In this document: piece by piece, positions 28,858-37,584 of the stretch | Layout: every line of letters starts with the position of its first letter | How positions within the stretch are numbered: the stretch's first letter is position 1 | Source: Nitrospinaceae bacterium | GTDB taxonomy: Bacteria; Nitrospinota; Nitrospinia; Nitrospinales; Nitrospinaceae | NCBI GenBank assembly: GCA_965237905.1 | Contig: OZ250172.1 | Location: 1,728,001-1,792,000 of the forward strand | Length of the DNA stretch: 64,000 nt | Direction: 5' to 3' | Program-made: the position numbers and the translations under genes | Notes under the pieces: model-generated | The model's input: the letters and a program-made list of their open reading frames with translations, nothing else | Told to the model about the DNA's origin: nothing | Database searches by the model: none

Positions 28858-28953
28858 AAAGGTGACATTTCTCCTTAATTGCTCATTCGAAAACTGCAAA
28901 TTGCTCCCAACGTGATCGGCAAGAAAAAACCGTTGGGCACAAGTTACGTTTTA

Positions 28954-29089
28954 AAATTTGCTCCGGGCCATGCCCGGCCCCTCTGGGGAAGAGGCGGCGC
29001 ATCGCCGCAGATAAATTTAGGATATTCAAATGCGCTCCAGGATTATAGTCAGCTGTTAGCTGTCAGCCAGTTCCCACTCTGGGGAAGAG
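28954..29089 (-). repeat. Hairpin repeat family copy (minus strand) plus accessory hairpins
   Basis: Core GTTAGCTGTCAGCCAGTTCCCACTCTGGGGAAGAG at 29055-29089; 28993-29017 is nearly the reverse complement of 3186-3210; AAATTTGCTCCGGGCCATGCCCGG at 28954 matches 1861. Confidence 0.8.
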
Positions 29090-29091
29090 TT

Positions 29092-30216
29092 ATGACGGAT
29101 CAGAAACTCAATGTACTCACCATCACAGAATACAATTTAATTGCGACCAAGGATCCCGTCGGCAGTTACGACCGCCGCACCCGCGAGAATCTGTACGCAA
29201 TCATCCTCAAACTAAGCGATTTCAGGGCCAATCTCTCTCCTCTGGAGTTCACCGTTTTCCAGAAATTCCAGGGCGCCCAGTTTGCACCCCTCGGAGAAAA
29301 AGACAAGAAAGTAAAATTTGAAGTTCTCCGTTACCTGCTGTCGGCCCGGGTCCGGCGGACGGCGAGAATCGCAGGCATCACCCTGGCCATACTAGCGGTA
29401 TCCACCCTGACGGTTTATCACTTCTTCCTCAGCGCAGAAACCCAGAAACAAGTGGACCTGGCCTATTATGCCGGTTTGAGCAAACTGGGTCTGGCATCCC
29501 AGGAAGAAATGGCCATGGTGGAAAATAGTCTGCACCAGACGGAAGCCACACTGGTAAAAACTCAAAAGAAAAAAGAAGAGCTGGAGAAAATGGTGGCCCG
29601 CTTGATTGCGAACAACAAGGTCGCCGAAAATTTCAAGCATATCGTCAAGCACATTTATAACGACCCCCGAACCATCTACACCAAAACCACCAACACCATA
29701 GACCTGGAATTTGCAAATAAACGGATCGCCCGCTACGAAACCGATCCTGAAATGTGGTACCTCCTGGGTATTCTGGATACCGGTAGGCTGAAAGTGTTTT
29801 ACGATAACGAAGAGATCATGGAAATCGAAGCCATTTTCGGCCGCAAGGGAGAAGAAACCCCGCTGGGCGAATACGAGATCAAAAACCGGCTCTACCAACC
29901 CACCTGGTACAAAAAGGAAATCATCAACGGTAAACCGATCGTCCGCCCCATCCCCTTCGGCGATGCAGATCATGAGATCGGCCACTGGTGGCTGGGGCTC
30001 AAAAAGCTGGGTCCCGAGGTCCATGGCAGTTACGGGATTCACGGGGTCAATCTCAGCAAGTCCAATGAGTTTTTCAAAAAGAACTTCGACTGGCGTAGCG
30101 GCAGTGCCGGATGCCCCAATATCCAGGAATGGTATCTGGATTTCCTGGCCAATATCCTCCCCCTCGGCACCCACGTCAACATCGTCCAGAAAGACAAGTG
30201 GGTCAAATCCACTTGA
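29092..30216 (+). CDS. Membrane-anchored L,D-transpeptidase (YkuD family)
   Basis: TM helix, coiled coil, TPLGEYEI, PTW, YGIHG...SAGCPNI...LPLGTHVNI; start 29092 supported by homology to the bactofilin N-terminus. Confidence 0.85.
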   Translation: MTDQKLNVLTITEYNLIATKDPVGSYDRRTRENLYAIILKLSDFRANLSPLEFTVFQKFQGAQFAPLGEKDKKVKFEVLRYLLSARVRRTARIAGITLAILAVSTLTVYHFFLSAETQKQVDLAYYAGLSKLGLASQEEMAMVENSLHQTEATLVKTQKKKEELEKMVARLIANNKVAENFKHIVKHIYNDPRTIYTKTTNTIDLEFANKRIARYETDPEMWYLLGILDTGRLKVFYDNEEIMEIEAIFGRKGEETPLGEYEIKNRLYQPTWYKKEIINGKPIVRPIPFGDADHEIGHWWLGLKKLGPEVHGSYGIHGVNLSKSNEFFKKNFDWRSGSAGCPNIQEWYLDFLANILPLGTHVNIVQKDKWVKST

Positions 30217-30424
30217 CTCCTCCCCGGAGGGGGAAATTGTTGACCGTTATCGGCATCCGATAGATTTCCTGCACAATTAAAAGATTTTAAAAATACCAGC
30301 GGAGGTACTCCGCCGGCGATTCGCCGCTGATAATATTAAACTCCCAATTGTGCCGGGGAATTAATGACAGCTGTTAACGGTCAACAATTTCCCCCTCCGG
30401 GGAGGAGGCGGCGATTCGCCGCTG
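30217..30424. repeat. Inverted pair of hairpin repeat copies (REPIN-like doublet)
   Basis: CTCCTCCCCGGAGGGGGAAATTGTTGACCGTTA at 30217 and its exact reverse complement ending at 30407; internal hairpins GCGGAGGTACTCCGC and CGGCGATTCGCCG. Confidence 0.9.
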
Positions 30425-30482
30425 GGTTTCGGGCCGTTTATCCGCTATAATTTCAAGTCTTTACTTTTTTTCGGAAACGATC

Positions 30483-31856
30483 ATGAAACAACCCTGGGGC
30501 GGCAGATTCAAGGAATCCACGGACGCGTTGATGCTGAGGTTTTCATCCTCCATCTTCTTCGACAAACGGCTGTATGCTTACGACATCGAAGGCAGTATCG
30601 CGCATTGCCGGACCCTGCAGAAATGCAAAATCCTGAAACCTGCCGAAGCTAAAAAAATCATCACCGGCCTGGGCAAAATCCTCAAAGAGTTCGATCAGGG
30701 AAAATTCAAGGTTAAGGAAAACCTGGAAGATATTCACATGAATATCGAAAAGCGGCTGATCGACTTGGTTGGCCCGGTTGGCGGCAAACTCCACACCGGG
30801 CGGAGCCGGAACGACCAGGTGGCGCTCGATATCCGGCTGTACCTGCGCGATGAAATTGATGTCATTCAGAAGAGTCTGCACCAGTTGGCCAAAACCGTAC
30901 TCGGTCAGGCCAGGAAGCACGTCAACACCCTCATCCCCGGTTATACCCATTTGCAGAGAGCGCAACCGGTATCACTGGCGCATCACTTACTCGCTTATCT
31001 GGAAATGTTCGGGCGGGACCGGGACCGGCTGGCCGACGCCCTCACACGGGTGAACGTCATGCCGCTGGGATCGGCCGCGCTGGCGGGGACTAATTTTCCA
31101 ATCGATCGCCACCACACCGCCAAGTTACTCGGCTTTCCGGCAGTGACGCACAACAGTATGGACGCAGTCAGCGATCGGGATTTCATCGTCGAGTTCTGCT
31201 CCGCCGCGTCGATTCTGATGATGCACCTCAGCCGGTTCTGTGAAGAAATTGTGATCTGGTCGACCAGCGAGTTCGCGTTCATGGAACTATCCGATGCGTT
31301 CACCACGGGCAGCAGTATCATGCCGCAGAAGAAAAACCCCGACGCCGCCGAACTCATCCGGGGCAAGACGGGAAGAATTTACGGTCACCTCATGGGACTC
31401 CTCACCCTGATGAAAGGCCAGCCGCTGGCCTACAACAAGGATTTGCAGGAGGACAAGGAACCGCTGTTCGACACGGTGGATACCGTGCGAACGTCGCTGG
31501 AAGTGTTCGCAGGTATGTTGAAGACAGCCACGTTCGCAAAGACGAAACCGGAATCTTTGGCCGCCAGCGGTTTTCTCACCGCCACCGATCTGGCTGATTA
31601 TCTCGTATTGCAGAACGTGCCGTTTAGGGACGCGCACGAGATCACCGGTAAAACCGTCGCCCACTGCATCCTAACCGGTAAGATCCTTGAGCAGTTGACG
31701 CTTGCGGAGCTACAGAAAATTTCGAAGAAGATTAAGAAAGATGTGTTCGGTTATCTGTCCGTGGAGCAGTCCGTGAAACGGAAGAATGTGTATGGCGGCA
31801 CCGCACCCAACCGGGTGCAGGAACAGATCACGCGCCTGAGCAAAATCTGGAAATGA
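30483..31856 (+). CDS. argH: Argininosuccinate lyase
   Basis: WGGRF, LHTGRSRNDQ, GYTHLQRAQP, TGSSIMPQKKNPD. Confidence 0.98.
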   Translation: MKQPWGGRFKESTDALMLRFSSSIFFDKRLYAYDIEGSIAHCRTLQKCKILKPAEAKKIITGLGKILKEFDQGKFKVKENLEDIHMNIEKRLIDLVGPVGGKLHTGRSRNDQVALDIRLYLRDEIDVIQKSLHQLAKTVLGQARKHVNTLIPGYTHLQRAQPVSLAHHLLAYLEMFGRDRDRLADALTRVNVMPLGSAALAGTNFPIDRHHTAKLLGFPAVTHNSMDAVSDRDFIVEFCSAASILMMHLSRFCEEIVIWSTSEFAFMELSDAFTTGSSIMPQKKNPDAAELIRGKTGRIYGHLMGLLTLMKGQPLAYNKDLQEDKEPLFDTVDTVRTSLEVFAGMLKTATFAKTKPESLAASGFLTATDLADYLVLQNVPFRDAHEITGKTVAHCILTGKILEQLTLAELQKISKKIKKDVFGYLSVEQSVKRKNVYGGTAPNRVQEQITRLSKIWK

Positions 31857-31864
31857 GGACTATT

Positions 31865-32032
31865 ATGAAATCCCCCTGGCTTCCTCTCATTATAATTACG
31901 CTGTTGTCCCTCGGCCTCGCCGATTGCGGTAAGAAGGGCCCGCCTGTGCCCCCGGATGATGAACCGAAACAGGAATCCCCCTCCCCCGCCGGGCAAGGCC
32001 CGGAGCAAATTGGCACAGGCGTTATAGCTTAA
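31865..32032 (+). CDS. Small lipoprotein, LptM/YifL-like (not in the ORF track)
   Basis: 55 aa MKSPWLPLIIITLLSLGLAD-CGKKGPPVPP...; GAGGA RBS; directly after argH. Confidence 0.75.
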   Translation: MKSPWLPLIIITLLSLGLADCGKKGPPVPPDDEPKQESPSPAGQGPEQIGTGVIA

Positions 32033-32125
32033 TTGCCCCTATATCTTCGCATTCTAAATTTATTGTGCCAGCGGAGGTACTCCGCCCAGCGTGACGCTGG
32101 ACCCAATTGGCTGAAACGTTGATGG
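31989..32125 (+). repeat. Divergent hairpin repeat units
   Basis: CCGGGCAAGGCCCGGAGCAAATT (reverse complement of 1862-1884); CCAGCGGAGGTACTCCGCC 32068-32086 (identical to 30296-30314); CCAGCGTGACGCTGGACCCAATTGGCTGAA 32086-32115. Confidence 0.75.
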
Positions 32126-32264
32126 CCAGACTGATCAAAGAATCATTGAATTTGTGATATTAACCGTATATTCGGGTGCTTTCTTGTGAAATTTGACGCA
32201 AGTACCGGAAAATATGAGGTACTCTGATTGCTCCAGCAGATTTTAGTCATTCGGGTCCGGTGCT

Positions 32265-32810
32265 ATGAAAAACCTCATACTTTTATCGGTGATGTTCCTT
32301 TTGATCTTGTCTCCCCAACACCAAAGTTCGGCACGTAGCAGTATTCCCACCACCGGAAAACTGGCCGCAGATGTGGACGGCGACGGGCAACTGGATTACC
32401 TTACATTCCGGTTAGAGGGCGTAAGAGGCGGTTATAATGGTTCCTTGGCCATCACTTCTTCAAAAGGCAGGAAACTTTGGGAAGATGTCTGGTATTTGTA
32501 TCAGAAAGACTTGGAGGAGGTATTGGTTCATGAGGGGAATATTCGCAGAAAAGCGCTAATACTGGGTTTTTTCAAGGGTCAATTAAAATACGGCGGAAAT
32601 CTTAAATTTATAAAACTGCGCTACGAGGATTTGCAGGATGACTGGATTAATGATTCTGCCAGTGACAATAATATCGAACCTGAAGAACTTAAAAATCATA
32701 TTTTGTCCCAGGATAAAAATACCACTTTGACTTATAGTGCCCAATGGCCTGAAGAACAGGTGCAAATCGTCTATGTGTCCGCACTGAAAAAGTTTGTGAG
32801 GTATGCTTAG
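32265..32810 (+). CDS. Exported hypothetical protein, AT-rich
   Basis: Signal peptide; ADVDGDGQLD Ca-binding-like motif. Confidence 0.65.
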   Translation: MKNLILLSVMFLLILSPQHQSSARSSIPTTGKLAADVDGDGQLDYLTFRLEGVRGGYNGSLAITSSKGRKLWEDVWYLYQKDLEEVLVHEGNIRRKALILGFFKGQLKYGGNLKFIKLRYEDLQDDWINDSASDNNIEPEELKNHILSQDKNTTLTYSAQWPEEQVQIVYVSALKKFVRYA

Positions 32811-32846
32811 TTCAAGAAATATCCATCCTATTTCCTTCCATCTGTC

Positions 32847-32904
32847 CCAGCGGCACCCGCCGCTGACCAGCGTGACGCTGGACCCAACTGGCTGAAGCTT
32901 TGAC
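32847..32904 (+). repeat. Divergent hairpin repeat unit
   Basis: CCAGCGTGACGCTGGACCCAACTGGCTGAA at 32867-32896, 29/30 identical to 32086-32115. Confidence 0.8.
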
Positions 32905-33151
32905 GGGCAACGATAATCTTTGAACGCATTGGCATAGTTATACCAGCCTTACTCCTTTAATATCAATAATATATCCACATTTTTTGTGGCGTCTTTGGCC
33001 CGGCGTATGTTATAAATCTAAAGGCCCATGTAACTTATTGATTTTACATGTATTACATGGCAAAAAAGGATTTCCGGGATTCTCCCCGGCACCTGCTTCT
33101 TTTCTGATATCAATATAAACCTTAATTAACAATAGGTTAAGGACTCTCGCC

Positions 33152-34360
33152 ATGAACAATGACCAAATTGCCCTCTATCTGAACGATCATCCTGAATTTT
33201 TCAACCAGTACCCGGAACTGCTGGACCGGATTCAATCCATCGCCCCGGAGGACATGCCTCTCAAGCCGGTCAAAACCCTGAACATCGCCGACCGCATTTT
33301 GAAGCGGGCGCAGGCTGATAAGGAGCACATGAAAAACCAGCTGGTCAGCTTCATGGAAATCAGCCAGGCTAACGACAAAATTCAGGAGAACCTGTTCGCG
33401 ATCGACCGCATCATCATGTACAGCCTCAACTTTTCCCAGATGATCGGCCAACTGCGTGAGGAAATCATCACGCGCTTCAAAATTCCGGGAGTCCAGATTA
33501 TTTTGATGGATGGCGACGAGCACTTGATGGAGCGGTGTTTGAAGGAACGTTTGGACAAAAATGCGATCGATGGTTTGCAATTTGTCGACACGAATACCGT
33601 CACCGGCTGGTTTGGTGCCGATCTCAAGCCTGTTCTCCGGGCGGAGATAACGGAGGGCTCGGAAATTTGTGGCGCCACTCCAGAATTGAACATTCAATCG
33701 GAAGCGTTGATCCCGATCATACTGCACGGCAATTTGATCGGAGCCATGGCGTTAGGAAGCGAAAATCCGAACCATTTCCACAAAGGATTGCGTACTGATC
33801 TTCTGGAACGCACCGCCGACAAACTGGGCATTGCCATCGAAAACGTGCTGCTACTCGATCTCATGAAAAACCAGCCGGTGCTGGATTCCAAGACGGGGCT
33901 TTACAATGAGGTTTATCTCGATCCCGTTCTGCGCCGCGAATTCGGCTGGGCTCAATGCTACGGTAAAAGCCTGTCTCTCATTAAAATGCACATTGACTCT
34001 TTTGAGGAACTCGTGAATACTTATGGGAAATCACGCATCAAGAAGGTCTTGCAGGAGGCCGGCAAAGTGCTTGCGGAGAACAGCCGTGGGGGCGATATTA
34101 TGATCAGCGCCGGTGAGGGGGATTTCCTGATTTTACTGCCGGATACGTCGGAACAGGGTGCCGGGCAAATCGCTCAGCGAATCCGAAAAATGTTGATAAC
34201 CCACATGTTTCCGGAACTGGAAAACGATTGCGTGAGGATTATTTTTGGAGTGACTGCCACCTCCGGCAAGGGCATCGAGTCTCCGGCCGATCTATTGGCG
34301 GCGGCTTCGGACGCCTTGGAAAAGGCTAAAGGGCAGAAGGACAGCGCACTGACCGTATGA
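33152..34360 (+). CDS. DUF484/GAF domain fused to a degenerate GGDEF domain
   Basis: IALYLNDHPEFF, SEALIP...ALGSENPNHF, DSKTGLYN; active-site motif reads AGEGDF. Confidence 0.8.
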   Translation: MNNDQIALYLNDHPEFFNQYPELLDRIQSIAPEDMPLKPVKTLNIADRILKRAQADKEHMKNQLVSFMEISQANDKIQENLFAIDRIIMYSLNFSQMIGQLREEIITRFKIPGVQIILMDGDEHLMERCLKERLDKNAIDGLQFVDTNTVTGWFGADLKPVLRAEITEGSEICGATPELNIQSEALIPIILHGNLIGAMALGSENPNHFHKGLRTDLLERTADKLGIAIENVLLLDLMKNQPVLDSKTGLYNEVYLDPVLRREFGWAQCYGKSLSLIKMHIDSFEELVNTYGKSRIKKVLQEAGKVLAENSRGGDIMISAGEGDFLILLPDTSEQGAGQIAQRIRKMLITHMFPELENDCVRIIFGVTATSGKGIESPADLLAAASDALEKAKGQKDSALTV

Positions 34361-34884
34361 AGATTCGAAAAGCTACATTAAAAGATGCCGATGCCATTGT
34401 GCATTTGATCAATGTCCACGCGGAAATAGGCCAAATGCTGTTCCGGAGCCGGGAGGATGTGTGTGCCCATATCCGGGATTTCCTGATTGCGGAAAAGGAC
34501 GGACACATTGCCGGTGCCTGCGGACTCAGTTTTGGTCCGGGGCCACTGGTCGAGGTCCGGTCGTTGGCCGTGCTTCCCGACTACTATCGGCAGGGTATCG
34601 GCACCGCCCTGGTCAACGCGTGCATTGTGCAGGCCACGCTGGCGGAGTGCGAACGCATCTTTGTTTTAACCTACGCTATACCTCTATTTGATAAACTCGG
34701 ATTTCGCGTCATCAGCATGGATCAACTGCCCGATAAAATCTGGAAAGATTGCCAGGGATGCCGAAAGCAGGATCACTGCGACGAAACGGCGATGATCCGC
34801 AACCTGGTCCAAGTCGCTTCATCCTCCGATGCAAAAACCCCGGTTGAAGAAGCAAACGGTCCTTTTCTTCCAGTTTCTTCTTAA
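34357..34884 (+). CDS. GNAT acetyltransferase, short N-acetylglutamate synthase-like
   Basis: IRKATLKD, EVRSLAV, QGIGTALV, LPDKIWKDC..C...CDETAM. Confidence 0.8.
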   Translation: MKIRKATLKDADAIVHLINVHAEIGQMLFRSREDVCAHIRDFLIAEKDGHIAGACGLSFGPGPLVEVRSLAVLPDYYRQGIGTALVNACIVQATLAECERIFVLTYAIPLFDKLGFRVISMDQLPDKIWKDCQGCRKQDHCDETAMIRNLVQVASSSDAKTPVEEANGPFLPVSS

Positions 34885-34994
34885 ACTGCAAAAATCAGCC
34901 GCTTTTCAAGCACTCCGTTTTAAAGGTTGAAAAGCCGCCCGGCAAAAAGTAAGATCGTCCCACTCACCCACCCGTTGTTTCAGAAAACATTCCG

Positions 34995-35267
34995 ATGAGC
35001 CTGATTGAAAAAAAGAATTTGAATTACCTGACGACTGTGGAACAGTTTTTCCTGTCGCTCAAGGATTCGGGCCTCCACCTTTCCGCCAACGATACCCATT
35101 TGATCGGCCAATGGGAGGAACGCGGAATACCGGTCGAGCGACTGTGCCGCGCCATTGAATCGGGTTACGAGAAGGCGAGCAAGCAGGAACGATCGCCCAA
35201 CCCGAAATGTTCGCTGACCCGGCTCCAGGATTTCATCGAACAGGAGTTGCAGGGGGCCCCACGATGA
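34995..35267 (+). CDS. Small protein, possibly DnaD-like, coupled to the ATPase
   Basis: LSANDTHLIGQWEERGIPVERLCRAI; ATGA overlap with the next gene. Confidence 0.55.
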   Translation: MSLIEKKNLNYLTTVEQFFLSLKDSGLHLSANDTHLIGQWEERGIPVERLCRAIESGYEKASKQERSPNPKCSLTRLQDFIEQELQGAPR

Positions 35268-36214
35268 CGACTACCAAAGGCAAAACCTCGTCTGACCCGA
35301 AAGAGATCTCCATTGAAGCCAGGAATAAAACGGGTACTGAAATCTGTACCCAGTGCCGCGGTTCCCATTACCTCCTGACTAATCATGAAGGCTACGTTCA
35401 GGGTGAGTTGTGCGCCTGTTTTAATTGCCCCGAATGCGAAGGCCGCGGCCACATCTATATAGAGGACGAAACCGGTATCTCATCCCTGCGCGAATGCGCC
35501 TGTGCAGGGTTGGTGCATCGATTGAAGAAAGTGGGAGAGGCCGGCATCCCTGGGAAATTCGCATCGACAAAACTGGGAACCTACCACCCGATACACGATT
35601 CCCAAAAATTCGCATTACGACAGGCACAGGATTTTGTGAAAGACTTCGGAACCTCACAGCAGGGCCTGTTGTTTATGGGACGGCCGGGGCTGGGCAAAAC
35701 GCATCTGGCGGTATCCGTTATCAAGATGCTGATTCTGGACAAAAGAGCGGATTGCAAATTTGTAGATTTCTTTCAACTGTTGTCGGACATTCGTTTCGGT
35801 TATTCCCAGGACCTTTCCGAACAGGCCATCATCAATCCCTATGTCGCCGCGCCGATTCTGTTGATCGACGAGTTGGCCAAAGGCCGCAATACCGAATGGG
35901 AATTGACCATGCTCGATCAGATCATTTCCAGCCGTTACAACGCCGCCGACAAGATCACTTTGTTTACGACCAACTACTCGGACCAGTCACCCAATCCAAA
36001 AAAGGGTGAGAAAAACGATACGCATAAAGAATTCCGTTCGGGTAACGGCCGAGAGGCTTTGGTATCGGAAGAGACTTTGCAGGACAAAGTGGGAGAGCGG
36101 ATTTACTCACGGCTGGCGGAAATGTGCCGATTTATCAAGCTGGAAGGCATCGACTACCGGCAGGAGATGCAGGGCAAGGAGACCGCCCCCGCCCGATCAC
36201 GCAAAAAGAAATAG
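35264..36214 (+). CDS. DnaC/IstB-like AAA+ ATPase with N-terminal Zn-binding motifs
   Basis: CTQCRG, CPECEG, CAC; GRPGLGKTHL; LLIDEL; TTN; RIYSRLAEMC. Confidence 0.85.
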   Translation: MTTTKGKTSSDPKEISIEARNKTGTEICTQCRGSHYLLTNHEGYVQGELCACFNCPECEGRGHIYIEDETGISSLRECACAGLVHRLKKVGEAGIPGKFASTKLGTYHPIHDSQKFALRQAQDFVKDFGTSQQGLLFMGRPGLGKTHLAVSVIKMLILDKRADCKFVDFFQLLSDIRFGYSQDLSEQAIINPYVAAPILLIDELAKGRNTEWELTMLDQIISSRYNAADKITLFTTNYSDQSPNPKKGEKNDTHKEFRSGNGREALVSEETLQDKVGERIYSRLAEMCRFIKLEGIDYRQEMQGKETAPARSRKKK

Positions 36215-36324
36215 AACAGAGCAAATTTGGCACCGCAGAGGGTCGGGCAGGAGGAAAAGAAAAAGGCGAGGGTTATAAAAACCTTCGCCTTACTTATTTG
36301 AAATCAGGGTCTGTCACCTGAGAT

Positions 36325-36546
36325 TTAATCCAGAGAATACTCGTCTTTGTCCGCAGATCCGCCCAACCCGTCATTGTTCAGATTCGGCTCACCTTTAGCC
36401 TTCTGGCCTTTGTTTTTCAGGTTCAGGGGAACCTTTTTCTTGAGTCCGCCAAAGTAGTTGTCCCAGTAATCCTTGCTCAGTTTTTTGCTGGGCAGTACTT
36501 TTTTGATCTTCCCCTTTTTGTCTGTGATTTTTACCGGATAAAACAT
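36325..36546 (-). CDS. Small basic hypothetical protein
   Basis: 73 aa with a GAGGAGG RBS. Confidence 0.6.
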   Translation of the reverse strand: MFYPVKITDKKGKIKKVLPSKKLSKDYWDNYFGGLKKKVPLNLKNKGQKAKGEPNLNNDGLGGSADKDEYSLD

Positions 36547-36720
36547 GTTTTGCCTCCTCGCTTTCCTACCCTACCGGAAAAACAAGCCAGGAAACGGCCC
36601 CCAGGGCCGTTACAATCTACTTGTCCTTAATAGGTATATAATGATACGTTTCCCTTACAAATGAGATGCAGGATAACATATAAGGATTCATAAATACTCT
36701 ATATTTTAGCTATTTGGAGG

Positions 36721-37548
36721 ATGATTTTGAACCATTGGGCACGTTTTTCAATGATTTTTGGGCTTTTTTTCCTTATCGGCGGATGCGACAGTGAACTCAA
36801 GGAGCATAAGGGCCACCCGGCTGTGGTCAAGAAGCTGGAAATGCAGAACGACCCGGCTCTGCTGGCCAAGGCCGTGACCGGGAGCGTCACTTTGGACCCC
36901 AAAATAAAGGCCGGTATTCCCGAGGGGTCGGTGCTGTTTATCTATGCGCGAGCTCAGGGAGTCAATTCCGGCCCGCCGGTGGCGGTGAGGAAAATGACCT
37001 TCTTCCAACTGCCGCAGGAATTCTCCATCAGCCCTGCCGACGCGGTGATGACGCAGGACGGGTTCGACGGACCGCTGACCCTGACCGCCCGGCTGGACCG
37101 CGACGGCAATGCCCGTGCCGGTGCGGGAGATATTACCGGATCGCTGGACGTGACGACCGGACAAAAGGGCGTGACTCTGGTGCTGAGTCAGGTGATCGAG
37201 GAGACCGGCAAAAAAGTCACCGGCACCATTTCATTGGACCCCAAGCTCAAGGCTCGACTGCCCGCCAATAAAATTCTGTTCCTGTTCGCCCGTCCCAAGG
37301 GAGTCAAACGCGGCCCGCCCCTGGCGGTGAAACGCATCTTCGCCACCCAATTGCCGCATTCCTTTACTATCGGCCAGTCCGACACCATGATACCCGGTGC
37401 GGAATTTGACGGTCCGATTACGCTGACCGTGCGGCTCGACCAGGACGGCAACGCCAGCCCCGCACCAGGCGATATCGAAGGCACACTCGAAACTCACGCC
37501 GACGCCAAAAATGTGAGACTCGTTTTGAATCATGTGATTGGTGGGTGA
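36721..37548 (+). CDS. Lipoprotein with two tandem CcmH/CycH C-terminal-like domains
   Basis: Lipobox LIGG-C; duplicated V.G...LDPK...LF..AR....GPP.AV...RLD.DGNA....GD. Confidence 0.7.
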   Translation: MILNHWARFSMIFGLFFLIGGCDSELKEHKGHPAVVKKLEMQNDPALLAKAVTGSVTLDPKIKAGIPEGSVLFIYARAQGVNSGPPVAVRKMTFFQLPQEFSISPADAVMTQDGFDGPLTLTARLDRDGNARAGAGDITGSLDVTTGQKGVTLVLSQVIEETGKKVTGTISLDPKLKARLPANKILFLFARPKGVKRGPPLAVKRIFATQLPHSFTIGQSDTMIPGAEFDGPITLTVRLDQDGNASPAPGDIEGTLETHADAKNVRLVLNHVIGG

Positions 37549-37584
37549 GCAACGTTTTCCCGCTTCATCATGGCTCCTGACTCT

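Noticed and set aside
28879..29091. 71-aa N-terminal extension of the L,D-transpeptidase in the ORF track
   Set aside because: It is translated repeat DNA; homology with the bactofilin N-terminus places the start at 29092
1788..32904. Hairpin repeats as integron attC sites (GTTRRRY-like cores)
   Set aside because: No consistent RYYYAAC/GTTRRRY pairing around the hairpins, mixed orientations, and no integron integrase in the window
35264..36214. IS21 element (IstB)
   Set aside because: No IstA transposase or terminal inverted repeats; N-terminal Cys motifs fit a DnaC-like loader better
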